Source: an uncultured Chloroflexia bacterium
Lineage (GTDB): Bacteria > Chloroflexota > Anaerolineae > CG2-30-64-16
Length of the DNA stretch: 64,000 bases
NCBI GenBank assembly: GCA_963810095.1
Contig: CAWEMM010000006.1
Coordinates: forward strand, 1,216,001-1,280,000
Direction: 5' to 3'
Shown: one piece after another, positions 37,416 through 47,062 of the stretch
Layout of the letters: every line of letters begins with the position of its first letter
Position numbering within the stretch: the stretch's first letter is position 1
Position numbers and translations under genes: made by a program
The notes under the pieces: model-generated
What the model was told of the DNA's origin: nothing
What the model saw: the letters and a program-made list of their open reading frames with translations, nothing else
The model's database searches: none

Positions 37416-38589
37416 ATGCACGGAGCCTTTGTCATCCCGCCCGACACGCAGCAAGAACTCGTCGAGTTTGCCCGGCAGTTGGTGCGCATCAAAAGCCTCT
37501 CGGGCCAGGAGGGGGAAGTCCTGCGCTTCGTCGAGCAGCGGATGCTGGCGCTCGGCTATGACCGGGTGGTCTACGACGGGATGGGCAACCTGCTGGGCCG
37601 GGTGGGCGACGGACCGCGATCGATCATGTTCGACTCGCACGTCGATACGGTCGACGTGACGGACGCGGAGCAGTGGGAGCTCGAGCCGTTCAGCGGCGCC
37701 GTCGTGGACGGGCTGCTGTACGGCCGCGGCTCCGTCGATATGAAAGCATCGGTTGCCGCCAGTGTCTATGCGGGCGCGCTCGCCAAGGCCGCGGGGCTGA
37801 CGGAGGGCAAGAGCGTCTACGTCTCGTGCAGCGTCTTCGAAGAGGACTGCGACGGCGAGAACCTCAAGCACCTCTTCCACGAGCTTCAGCTCAGGCCGGA
37901 CTGCGTCATCATCTGCGAGCCGTCCTCCAACAAGATCGCGCTCGGTCACAAGGGCAAGGCGCAGATTGCCATCAAGACGCACGGCGTTTCCGCACACGGC
38001 TCGGCGCCCGAGAAGGGCGTCAACGCCATCTACGAGATGGCCGAGATCATCCAGCGGGTGGAACGGACCAACCTGGAGCTGATGAAGATGCCCGGGCCGC
38101 GCCGCACGCTGGTCATGTCGCGCATCACGAGCGTCGCAGCCTCGCTCAACGCCGTGCCCTCCGAGTGCGAGGTGTACCTGGACCGCCGCACCGTGCCCGG
38201 CGAAACGGCAGAGGACATCCGGCGGGAGATCGAAAGCCTCATCGAGGGCAAGAACGCGACCTGGGAGATCGGCGCGCTGGACCGCACCAGTTGGACCGGC
38301 ATGCCCATCCGGTACGAGCCGTTCCACCCGGCCTGGCAGATCAGCCTGGACCACGAGCTGACGCAGCGGTGCATCGCCGCCTATCGCGCCCAATTCGGCG
38401 TCGAACCGGTCGACTTCGACTTCTGGGATTTCAGCACGAATGCGGTGACCCCGGTCAGCCTGGGCATCCCGACGATCGGGTTTGGCCCCGGCGACCACAA
38501 GCTGGCGCACATGCGGAACGAAAACTGCCCGGTCACGCAGATCGTCGACGCGTGCGGCTTCTACGCGCAGCCTCATCGACCACATCTAG
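37416..38589 (+). CDS. ygeY: YgeY-family M20 hydrolase, copy 1; indel near C-terminus
   Basis: FDSHVDTV, GRGSVDMK, EEDCDG, GHKGK, AHGSAPEKG, WDFSTN, GFGPG. Confidence 0.82.
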
Positions 38590-38849
38590 CCGGGCTAAAA
38601 CTGAACTGCATGATGCGGATGGCACCTTTCAGCGTTCGAGGCCAACACCTGTATACGAGCCGCCGGTGCGACGATCAAAGTAGCACCGGCAGCCCCCAAG
38701 AGTACGCAGGTGCATGAAATTATGCCAATTAGGGATTCAATGGAAAGTGTCGGGACCCCCGTAGGGGTGGCATACATATCATAAATATATACACATCCGG
38801 TCGTATCGGCCGCGCAACACCGGGGGGATATGTATACTTTTATGATATG

Positions 38850-40582
38850 GATGCTGTTGGCGAAATGGTTCATGCCGGTGCCAGTGCTGCGAAATGAGAC
38901 ATCCTGGTTGTGGATCGAGGGACGCCGGTCAGCCAGGCGATGACACGTCTCACATTGATGGCAGCGGCCGTGATCAGGTGTTGGAAATGCGTTTTGGCTA
39001 ATCCGCGATAGCGGCTGCGGCGCATATCGAGCTTATCGGTGGCTTGGCCGATGGTTCCTTCGATGCCAGATCGGATGGTATACGCTTCCTTGAATTCGGC
39101 AGTTGCCTGGCGCTGGCGTGCCGCTTGAAGAGCGAGTTGTTGCTCTTTGGGCTGCAAAGTCAAGCCGCGGGGCGTGGACGCACTTTTCGTGCAGCGCGCC
39201 CGGCTTGCGCAGGCCAGACAGTCTTTTTCGCCAAAGTGTACCTGGAGGGTGGGCTTGCCCCGTGGTCCTTTGGCGGGCCACCAGCAGCGGCTGGTTTTGC
39301 CCATCGGACAGATTACGACATGGCGTTCCCAATCAATTTTGAATTGGGTAATATCAAACGCCTGCGGGTCTTGGCGCTGCCAACTCACGTCAGGACGGAC
39401 AGGCCCGAGCAAATCAACGCCGTACTTGTCCTGGCTGCTCACTAACAGTTCGGCGGAGGGATATCCAGCGTCAACGAGGTGTTGGCTGGGCAGAAGTTCC
39501 TTTGTTTCCAGAGCCGCATGAACCCGTTCCACGACCATGTTGTCCTGCTCTGTGGCAGGGGTCGTCTCAACATGCGTGATCAAGTTGGGACGATCCGGCT
39601 CACAGGTCTCAGTCAGATGGACCTTGTAACCGTGCCAGAAGGTCTCGCGCTTGACTGAAGAGCACGCTTCTTCGTCGTAAGGCGAGACGATTGCTTGGCA
39701 GCTGGGTGGGGAGTTCTTCTCGTCTCGCCAGGAAAGGCGGTCGTCTTCCAGGTAATAGTTCTGTATCCACACCCGGCGTAGGGTTTCCACGGCCGGGACA
39801 CGGCGCAGATGATTTGGCGCAGATGCTGCCCACACCTGGCGCAGAAGCTGGGAGCCATCACGGCCGATTTGTTCGGCCAATGCCAGTTGTTCGGCGTCGC
39901 TTCTGGGCAAGCGAAAGCCGGTCGGGCGCTGGCTGTAGCGCTCGAACCAGTCAGGTTGGATGCATGTACGCAGCCAGTCGGGAGCCAACTGCGCTAATAC
40001 ATCCAAAGCGTGGTAGAGCGTTTCGCTGACCAATTCAACCCGGTTCAGCTTGCGCACCGCTGCCACGATATGCGTCGAGTCGGTTCGCTGGCGGGTGCGC
40101 GCTTTGAGCCAGCCACGTTCCTTAAACAGCTTGAGCAGCGCTTCAAATAGCAGGTTCTCTGCCTGACAGCTGATCAAGCGACAGCGGAACTCGCACAATA
40201 CGGAGTAGTGGAAGCCAGCATCGGTGAGTTCGAGACCCAAGGCGTACTTCCAGTCAATGCGACTGCGCACAGCATCCGCAGCTTGCCGATCCGTGAGATT
40301 CTCGGCAAACTGCATGATGGTGACCAATGCCAAGCGCCATGGCGTCTCGCAAGGCTGACCCCGCCGAGGGTAGAAAGCAGCAAATTGCTCGTCGCGAAAC
40401 ACGGTGCCCAACTCGTCACGGAACCGCATGCACCAATTGTCGTCTGGAAACACGGCACGCGCTACTTGCGCCGTTTGCTCTGGAATGGCAAAGTCGTCGC
40501 TCGGCTGGAGACACATCTTTCACCTCCTGCTCGGAGGTTCAATTATACATCGGCACGGCGACTCGAATTCGCCAACAGCATC
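38850..40582 (-). mobile_element. IS1182-family insertion sequence
   Basis: 15-bp TIRs GATGCTGTTGGCGAA (38850) and TTCGCCAACAGCATC (ends 40582); direct repeat ATATG at 38845-38849 and 40583-40587; lower GC than the flanking genes. Confidence 0.92.
38870..40516 (-). CDS. tnp: IS1182-family DDE transposase, intact
   Basis: LTDRQAADAVRSRIDWKYALGL, QRTDSTH, GYKVHLTETC, LVDAGY, RSGIEGT, RYRGLAK. Confidence 0.93.
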   Translation of the reverse strand: MCLQPSDDFAIPEQTAQVARAVFPDDNWCMRFRDELGTVFRDEQFAAFYPRRGQPCETPWRLALVTIMQFAENLTDRQAADAVRSRIDWKYALGLELTDAGFHYSVLCEFRCRLISCQAENLLFEALLKLFKERGWLKARTRQRTDSTHIVAAVRKLNRVELVSETLYHALDVLAQLAPDWLRTCIQPDWFERYSQRPTGFRLPRSDAEQLALAEQIGRDGSQLLRQVWAASAPNHLRRVPAVETLRRVWIQNYYLEDDRLSWRDEKNSPPSCQAIVSPYDEEACSSVKRETFWHGYKVHLTETCEPDRPNLITHVETTPATEQDNMVVERVHAALETKELLPSQHLVDAGYPSAELLVSSQDKYGVDLLGPVRPDVSWQRQDPQAFDITQFKIDWERHVVICPMGKTSRCWWPAKGPRGKPTLQVHFGEKDCLACASRARCTKSASTPRGLTLQPKEQQLALQAARQRQATAEFKEAYTIRSGIEGTIGQATDKLDMRRSRYRGLAKTHFQHLITAAAINVRRVIAWLTGVPRSTTRMSHFAALAPA

Positions 40583-40729
40583 ATATGTATGCCACTCCTG
40601 CTGGCTGAGCCGGTTGTGCAGAGGCATTGTAAAGTGGCAAAAGTCGTGTCGTATCTGAACATGGCCGGTCGCTGACCGTGCCCCGTTTGGCCCGGACGCC
40701 AGCGCATTTCCGGATCGATTGTTAGTAGC

Positions 40730-40852
40730 TTGGAACGCGAAGCCGCGAAGGTGGACGAAGATCGTGAAACGCGAAGTGCGCGAAGCATGCGCGGCACGGC
40801 GGCGGCCTTCGCGCTTCGCGTCTTCGCCACGCTTCGCGGCTTCGTGTTCCAA
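40730..40852. repeat. Long imperfect palindrome with periodic CGCGAAG arms
   Basis: TTGGAACGCGAAGCCGCGAAG...CTTCGCGGCTTCGTGTTCCAA. Confidence 0.8.
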
Positions 40853-40989
40853 ACGCTCGGCGTTCGCGAGATCTTGCACCGTGCCCCGCTCTCAATTCAG
40901 CCTTGACCCAGCGCGCCTCTAAACCAGTCGCAAAATGAGCCTGCCTACACTGCGAGTCCTTGCCACCTTGCGATGAGTTCAGGCATCTG

Positions 40990-41224
40990 TCCGGCTTGTG
41001 GCAGGGCGACATCGCTTTTGCCACTTTTCGATGCTCTATCATTCGCGCCGTATCGCCCAGAGGTGGCATAATAATCATAAAAGTATAAACATCCCAAAGA
41101 ACACAGATCCCCCCGGCGGTGCCCGGCCGGCACGGTGAGATGTTTATATCTTTATGATTATTATGCCACATCCACGGGGGGTCTCGCAAATGCCAATACA
41201 TCCAAAACTGGCAGCTTCTCATGC
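40990..41224 (-). repeat. Right, inverted copy of the ~230-bp hairpin element
   Basis: Hairpin GTGGCATAATAATCATAAA...TTTATGATTATTATGCCAC at 41063-41169; flanks match the left copy. Confidence 0.75.
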
Positions 41225-41536
41225 GCCTAAATGAATCGCACGCTGAAACTGCGACCTGGCGGCCTGCGAGGTCTCCGAGGCCCCGCAGGTCGGGCCGCAA
41301 GTTCATGCGGCCTTTAGTTTAGTCGTAAAATGACCGGGTTGAACTCCGGCGGCCTGCATCGGCCCTGAGCGCAAACCGTGGGGGCGAGGCACCAGAGGGC
41401 GCCTCGCCCTTACATGACCGGGTTTCGTTAGGTGTTCCTAGTCGCCCTAAACGACACATGGCGGACGTTTCGAGGCTGTTCCGAACACCTCTCACGCCCG
41501 CCATGCGACCACAACCTGTTATGGTACCGGCTACCG

Positions 41537-42556
41537 CTATCCTTCGATCTGCTTCACTGCCTCGGCCGGCGACATGTCCGCATAGACCACGGCCATCAGC
41601 CCCGCCATATACTTGTCCATCATCAAGACGTTCGTGTAAATCAGCGGCCGCAGCAAGCTCGTCGTGATTTCCGTATCGGTTACGTCCACGCTGGTCTTGT
41701 AGCGGACCTCGCCGTCGTTGAAGTCGAGTTCGAAATTACCAAGCGCCATGCCGTAGTTCGCCCGGGTGATGAACTCGGCGATGGCAGTCATCTTGTCGGC
41801 CGGCACGTTCAGCGGCAGCACCGAGTAAAACAGGATCTGCTCCACATCGCGCGTGGTCCGGATTTGAGCGTAACAATTCCAACGGCCGCCCTTGCCCTGG
41901 AACGGCAGGCGCACGATGGGCCGCTCGGGCATTTGCTCGAAGCTCCAGCCGTCTTCGGTGAAGAAAGCAGCCACGGCCTCCAGCGCCCGCAAAGGCGAGC
42001 GCGTCTCACCCGACGTGGTTGCCGGCCCCAGCGACAGCTGCGGATTGGTCGGCGTCAGGCGCCCGCCGGCCTCGTCATCGTCCCCCTCGTCGGCCTCATC
42101 TTCATCCATCGCCACCGGCGCGACCGCGGCGACCAGCCGCGCGCCCAGCTCCGCCATGTTATCGTGCAGATACGCAAACACGAGGCGCACTTCCTCAAAA
42201 CGCTCGTCGGCGCCGTTCGCTTCCCAGTGGCAAATCGAGCGGGTTTCGCCCCCGGCGTTCGTAATGCTGAGACGCGTGCAAATCTCGTCCGCACCCGGCT
42301 CACGCTCGCCGTCTCCGAGTGCAAGCACGTCGTTCTTCAGCATGGCTTCGAAAATGCCCGGCACCCGCTCGTCGTCGAGCTGCAGCCGGTAGGTCTCCGC
42401 CGAGCGATCCAGATCGACTATCTTAACAAAAGCTGTCCCGTCGCCGTAGACCGTGATGGACTGGCCGCCCCACACATCGTGGATGTCGTCCAGTTCCACC
42501 TTGGCCGTTCGCCACGTGTCCCGGCTGCCCAGGAAACTTTCGGTTATTGGTTCCAT
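41537..42556 (-). CDS. YbjN-domain protein with uncharacterised N-terminal domain
   Basis: C-terminal EFITRANYGMALGNFELDFNDGEVRYKTS; acidic linker. Confidence 0.78.
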   Translation of the reverse strand: MEPITESFLGSRDTWRTAKVELDDIHDVWGGQSITVYGDGTAFVKIVDLDRSAETYRLQLDDERVPGIFEAMLKNDVLALGDGEREPGADEICTRLSITNAGGETRSICHWEANGADERFEEVRLVFAYLHDNMAELGARLVAAVAPVAMDEDEADEGDDDEAGGRLTPTNPQLSLGPATTSGETRSPLRALEAVAAFFTEDGWSFEQMPERPIVRLPFQGKGGRWNCYAQIRTTRDVEQILFYSVLPLNVPADKMTAIAEFITRANYGMALGNFELDFNDGEVRYKTSVDVTDTEITTSLLRPLIYTNVLMMDKYMAGLMAVVYADMSPAEAVKQIEG

Positions 42557-42713
42557 CTGTCTGCCTCCCACACTCACTTCACGCCGTTCCTTGTGCTACT
42601 TTACCTAACCACACATTAGACTCCGCTCAAGGTATGCCCGGTTCCAATAACAGGTTGCCATAAGGTACTGATAAGGAACCCTGAGAGCAACCTTAAGAAG
42701 CGCGAATTGGTTC

Positions 42714-42774
42714 TTGACATGGCAGCTTGTTCGTGATACTCTGAACACAATTCGTCAGACGACTACCGTCTGAC
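42714..42774 (+). promoter_or_regulatory. Promoter and GntR-type operator
   Basis: TTGACA (42714)-17 bp-TACTCT with extended TG; GTCAGACG-N5-CGTCTGAC at 42754-42774. Confidence 0.78.
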
Positions 42775-42790
42775 ATACAGGACTGCGTCA

Positions 42791-43564
42791 ATGGTGCGCC
42801 GGAACATCCCTCTCGTCGAACAGGTCATCCTCGAGCTCCTCGCCGATATCGACCGGGGCGAATTCGTGCGCTCCAATGGCATGCTGCCCTCGGAAGCCGA
42901 GCTGGCGCAGCATTTCGCGGTCAGTCGCGCCACCGTGCGCGATGCGCTCTCCCGGCTGGAAGCCACCGGCGTCGTGATCCGGCGCCAGGGCGTCGGCACG
43001 TTTGTCAACCCGTTTCTCAGCAAGCATCCCGCCGCCCTACAAGATTGGTTCGAAGAAGCTCACGGCTTTGTCGATGCACTGCGCAATATGGGCCGCAATC
43101 CGGAAATCCTGGTCCAGCGCTCGGTGCTCGAGCCCGCAGGCGAAATGGGCCGCCATCTGCATCTTTCACCCGAGGATCCGGTCATTGTCGTGGAGAAGGT
43201 CATTACGTCGGCCGGCGCACCGTTGATTTATAGCATCAACGCGTCCCCGCTGGCGCTGCTGCCGGCCGAGCTGCAGCCGCAAGGGCCCGCACTGGCGGGC
43301 AGCTGCGAATCGACCTTCCGCTTTCTCGAAGAACACTGCCACTGCCGGGTGCACCATCAGCAAAGCGAAATCCGCTCGGTCTTAACCGGCGACAAGCTGG
43401 CCTCGCTTCTCGCCTGCCGGGCGGGCGACCCGTGTCTGCAGGTCGAAGAGGTCGCCTACAGCGCGGACCTGGCGCCGTTGTTTTACGGCCTGAACCATTT
43501 TCGCGGCGACACGGTCAGTTTTCGGCAGATTCGGCGGCCGACGCTTAGCCTCAGCACGCTTTAG
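42791..43564 (+). CDS. GntR/HutC (UTRA) regulator
   Basis: LPSEAELAQHFAVSRATVRDAL...RQGVGTFV. Confidence 0.9.
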   Translation: MVRRNIPLVEQVILELLADIDRGEFVRSNGMLPSEAELAQHFAVSRATVRDALSRLEATGVVIRRQGVGTFVNPFLSKHPAALQDWFEEAHGFVDALRNMGRNPEILVQRSVLEPAGEMGRHLHLSPEDPVIVVEKVITSAGAPLIYSINASPLALLPAELQPQGPALAGSCESTFRFLEEHCHCRVHHQQSEIRSVLTGDKLASLLACRAGDPCLQVEEVAYSADLAPLFYGLNHFRGDTVSFRQIRRPTLSLSTL

Positions 43565-43661
43565 GCCGTAGGCCCATCTACACTTGCACTCGTCGGGCGA
43601 CACGTGGTGCGCACGCACCGCCGGGTGCGCATGCACCGCTCAGCCAGACCCGGAGGTCCAA

Positions 43662-44924
43662 ATGCAAGAAACCAAAGGGAGAACAGGCGGCAACCCGCCG
43701 CCAGGCCGTTCCATTGGCGATTTTCTGAGCGCGGCGATGACCGTCCTGCTGCCGCTGCTGGCGTTGCTGGCCGCGCTGCTGGTCGGGGCCGTCTTGCTGG
43801 CGCTGCTGGGGGTCAACCCGCTCCCGGCCTACGGCTCAATGGTCAGCGGCGTATTCGGCAGCGTCTCCGGCTTGACCCAGTCCATCGTCAAGGCCACGCC
43901 GCTGCTGCTCGTCGGCCTCGGCATTTGTATCGCCTTCCGGGCCAGCGTGATCAACATCGGCGCGGAAGGGCAGATCATCCTCGGCGCGCTGGCCGCCACG
44001 TGGTTTGCGCTGGCGTTCCGGACGCTGCCCCCGCTGCTCCTCCTGCCCCTCACGCTCATCTTTGGCTTCCTGGGCGGGTCCATGTGGGGGTTCGTGCCCG
44101 GCGTTCTGAAGGCCCGGCTCGGCGTAAACGAAATCCTCAGCACGGTCATGCTGAACGCCATCGCGCTCCAGCTCATGAACGCGCTCATCCGGGGCCCGCT
44201 GATGGACCCCGCCGGGATCAAAGCGGGGACGTTCCTGGCCCAGTCCGAGCGGCTGCCGGAAGCAGCATGGCTGCCGCGGCTCATCCCGCAGACCCTGCTG
44301 CACTCGGGCGCGATCCTCGCGGTGCTGCTGGCCTTCGTGGTGTACATCTTCCTCTGGCGCACGACCATCGGCTATCGGATTCGAGCCGTCGGCTTGAACC
44401 CGGACGCCTCGAAATACGCGGGCATCAGCGTCCCGTTTTACCAGGCGCTGTCGCTGACGCTGGCAGGCGGCTTTGCGGGCCTGGCCGGGGCAGTCGAGGT
44501 TCTCGGCGTGCACCACCGGCTGCTCGAGGGCATTACCTCGAGCTACGGCTTCTCGGGCATCGTAGCCGCCCTCTTCGGCGGGCTGCACCCCCTGGGCACG
44601 ATCCCGGCCTCCTGGCTGTTCGGCGCCCTTCTCGTCGGCGCAGACAAGATGCAGCGCGCCGTGCAGGTCCCGTCCGCGCTGATCGACGTCATGCTCGGCC
44701 TGATCGTGCTGTTCGTGGTCGGCTCGCAACAATGGGCGCGCAAGTGGCAAGCCAAGCGTGCCGCACGGATGGCGTCTGGCAACGCAGGCGCAGCGGGTGC
44801 GCCGGCCGGCGGCGAGACGAGCACCACGCCGCCCAGTTCGCAGCGCGTCACGCCGGTCGTCCAGGCTAACAACTACTCCGGCGCCCCCGCCGGGTCCAGT
44901 GCGCCAGCGCAGGAGGTGGGCTGA
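43662..44924 (+). CDS. Nucleoside ABC permease
   Basis: GGAGG RBS; INIGAEGQ, VNEILSTVMLN, YGFSGIVAALFG. Confidence 0.88.
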   Translation: MQETKGRTGGNPPPGRSIGDFLSAAMTVLLPLLALLAALLVGAVLLALLGVNPLPAYGSMVSGVFGSVSGLTQSIVKATPLLLVGLGICIAFRASVINIGAEGQIILGALAATWFALAFRTLPPLLLLPLTLIFGFLGGSMWGFVPGVLKARLGVNEILSTVMLNAIALQLMNALIRGPLMDPAGIKAGTFLAQSERLPEAAWLPRLIPQTLLHSGAILAVLLAFVVYIFLWRTTIGYRIRAVGLNPDASKYAGISVPFYQALSLTLAGGFAGLAGAVEVLGVHHRLLEGITSSYGFSGIVAALFGGLHPLGTIPASWLFGALLVGADKMQRAVQVPSALIDVMLGLIVLFVVGSQQWARKWQAKRAARMASGNAGAAGAPAGGETSTTPPSSQRVTPVVQANNYSGAPAGSSAPAQEVG

Positions 44925-45856
44925 TGGAACAGGTTCTCACCGTTGCAACCCTGGTCGGTATCCTGTCATCTGCAATCCGTCTCGCGACGCCCTACCTGTT
45001 TGCGGCCATCGGCGAGAACTTCGGCCAGGTCTCCGGCGTCGTCAACCTGGGCGTCGACGGGATCATGCTCCTCGGCGCGTTCGTCGCGATCGCGGTGGCG
45101 CTGGGCACGGGCAGCCTGTGGCTGGGCGTGCTGGCGGCCGTCGTCGTCGGCATCCTCATGGGCCTGCTGATGTCGTTCATCAGCGTGACCCTCAAGGCCG
45201 AGCAGGGCATCAGCGGCATCGGCCTTTACATGTTTGGCCTGGGCCTGTCCGCCCTGCTCTTCAAGGTCTACTTTGGCACCGTCAAGACCATCGTCGGCTT
45301 CCAGCCCATCCGCATCCCGGTTCTGGGCAACATCCCCGTCGTCGGCGAGGTGTTCTTCAACCAGAGCATCGTGGTCTATGCCGCGTTCCTGCTCGTGCCC
45401 GTGGCCTGGCTCATCCTGGAGAAGACGACCTGGGGCCTGAAGCTGAAGGCCGTGGGGCAGAACCCCGCCGCAGCCGACTCGCTCGGCGTCGGCGTCAACC
45501 GCACCCGCTACGTGGCAGTTTGCGTGGGCTCGGCCCTGGCGGGCGTCGCGGGAGCCTCGCTCTCGCTCGCCATGGTCAACCTGTTCCAGGAGAATCTCAC
45601 CGCCGGCATGGGCTTCATCGCAGTGGCCCTGGTCTACTTCGGCGGGTGGAAGCCCGTGGGCATCATGCTCGGCGCCCTGCTGTTTAGCTCGGTGAACGCG
45701 CTGCAGCTGTGGATGCAGGTCCTCGGCGTCGGCATTCCCTCCGACATCGCGGTCATGCTGCCCTACATCCTGACCATCGTCGCCCTGGCCTTCACCGTCA
45801 GCCGCACGCGCCAGCCCGCCACGCTTAACAAGCCCTTCGAAAGAGGGGAAGCCTAG
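44924..45856 (+). CDS. Nucleoside ABC permease
   Basis: SGVVNLGVDG, AVGQNPAAAD, GMGFIAVA, MLPY. Confidence 0.9.
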   Translation: MEQVLTVATLVGILSSAIRLATPYLFAAIGENFGQVSGVVNLGVDGIMLLGAFVAIAVALGTGSLWLGVLAAVVVGILMGLLMSFISVTLKAEQGISGIGLYMFGLGLSALLFKVYFGTVKTIVGFQPIRIPVLGNIPVVGEVFFNQSIVVYAAFLLVPVAWLILEKTTWGLKLKAVGQNPAAADSLGVGVNRTRYVAVCVGSALAGVAGASLSLAMVNLFQENLTAGMGFIAVALVYFGGWKPVGIMLGALLFSSVNALQLWMQVLGVGIPSDIAVMLPYILTIVALAFTVSRTRQPATLNKPFERGEA

Positions 45857-45939
45857 TCAACCCCGCCCGGTGCGGGCCGGCGGGCAGTGCCTGCCGGCCC
45901 GCACCGGGAAAGTGCATTTACCCAACTCAGGAGGAAGGT

Positions 45940-46951
45940 ATGAAGTTTCGTGTTCTGCTCGTCGTCCTTGTCGTTCTTACCGTGCTGATGTCGGCGTGCG
46001 CTGCGCCGGCCCCGGCCCCGGCCGCCGGCGGCGCCACCACCGGCAAGCCGCTCCGCATCGCGGTCGTAATGCCCTCCGCCACCACCGACATGGCCTTCAG
46101 CCAGTCCATGTGGAGCGCGCTGCAGACGATCCAGAAGGAAATGGGCGGACCGTCCGCGGTCGAGCTCAAGTACTCCGAGAACATGTTCAAGGTCCCCGAT
46201 GCTGCCGCCGCCGTCCGCGACTACGCCAGCCAGGGATTTGACATCGTCATCGCCCACGGCTCGCAGTACGGCTCGTCGGTCCAGGAAATCGCCAAGGACT
46301 TCCCGAAGACCGTGTTTGCCTGGGGCACCGACGTCAACACGTTCGGCCTGGCCAACGTGTACGCCTACACCGCTGCCGCCCAGGAAGGCGGCTACGTGAA
46401 CGGCGTCATGGCCGCACTGCTGAGCAAGGCAAAGCAGATCGGCGTGACCGGCCCGGTCGAGGTCGGCGACGCGAAGACCTATATCGACGGCTTCACCCAG
46501 GGTGTGGCCTCGGTCGACCCGAGCATCAAGGTCAACAAGACCTGGACCGGCTCCTTCTCAGACGTGGCGCTGATGACGGAAGCCGCCAAGACGCACATCG
46601 CTTCCGGTGCAGACGCGCTGACCGGCTCCTCGCAGTCGGTCGTCGGCTCCATCGGCGCGGCGAAGGAAAAGGGCAACGTCCTCTGGTTCGGCACCCAGTC
46701 GGACCAGACCTCGGCAGCGCCCTCGATCGTGGTCGCCAGCCAGGTCTATGACTGGGTTCCGCATGCTCAAGCAGATGATCGCGGACCGCGCGAAGGGCAA
46801 GCTGGGCGGCGAAACCTACACGCTGCAGCTCAAGAACGACGGTCTCAAGATGGCGTTCAACCCCCAGTACAAGCTGGCGGACGACGTCAAGAAGGCCGCC
46901 GACCAGGCCATCGCCGACATCAAGAGCGGCAAGGTCACTGTCCAGCCGTAA
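45940..46951 (+). CDS. BMP-family lipoprotein; indel near 46758
   Basis: Lipobox MSAC, DMAFSQ, IAHGSQY, TGSFSD. Confidence 0.87.
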
Positions 46952-46966
46952 CAGAAGGTTTACCTA

Positions 46967-47037
46967 ACCACAAAGACACGAAGACACAAGGTGTCACAAT
47001 GACTTTGAGAAGCGTTGTGTCTTGGTGTCTTTGTGGT
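46967..47037. repeat. Intergenic palindrome with 9-bp-periodic arms
   Basis: ACCACAAAGACACGAAGACACAA...TTGTGTCTTGGTGTCTTTGTGGT. Confidence 0.8.
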
Positions 47038-47062
47038 GAATCCAGGGGTCATGGGAGGCAAC

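Larger units (their letters stand above)
38712..40670 (+). repeat. Left copy of ~230-bp hairpin element, split by the IS
   Basis: With 38850-40587 removed, it aligns with the reverse complement of ~40990-41224. Confidence 0.75.
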
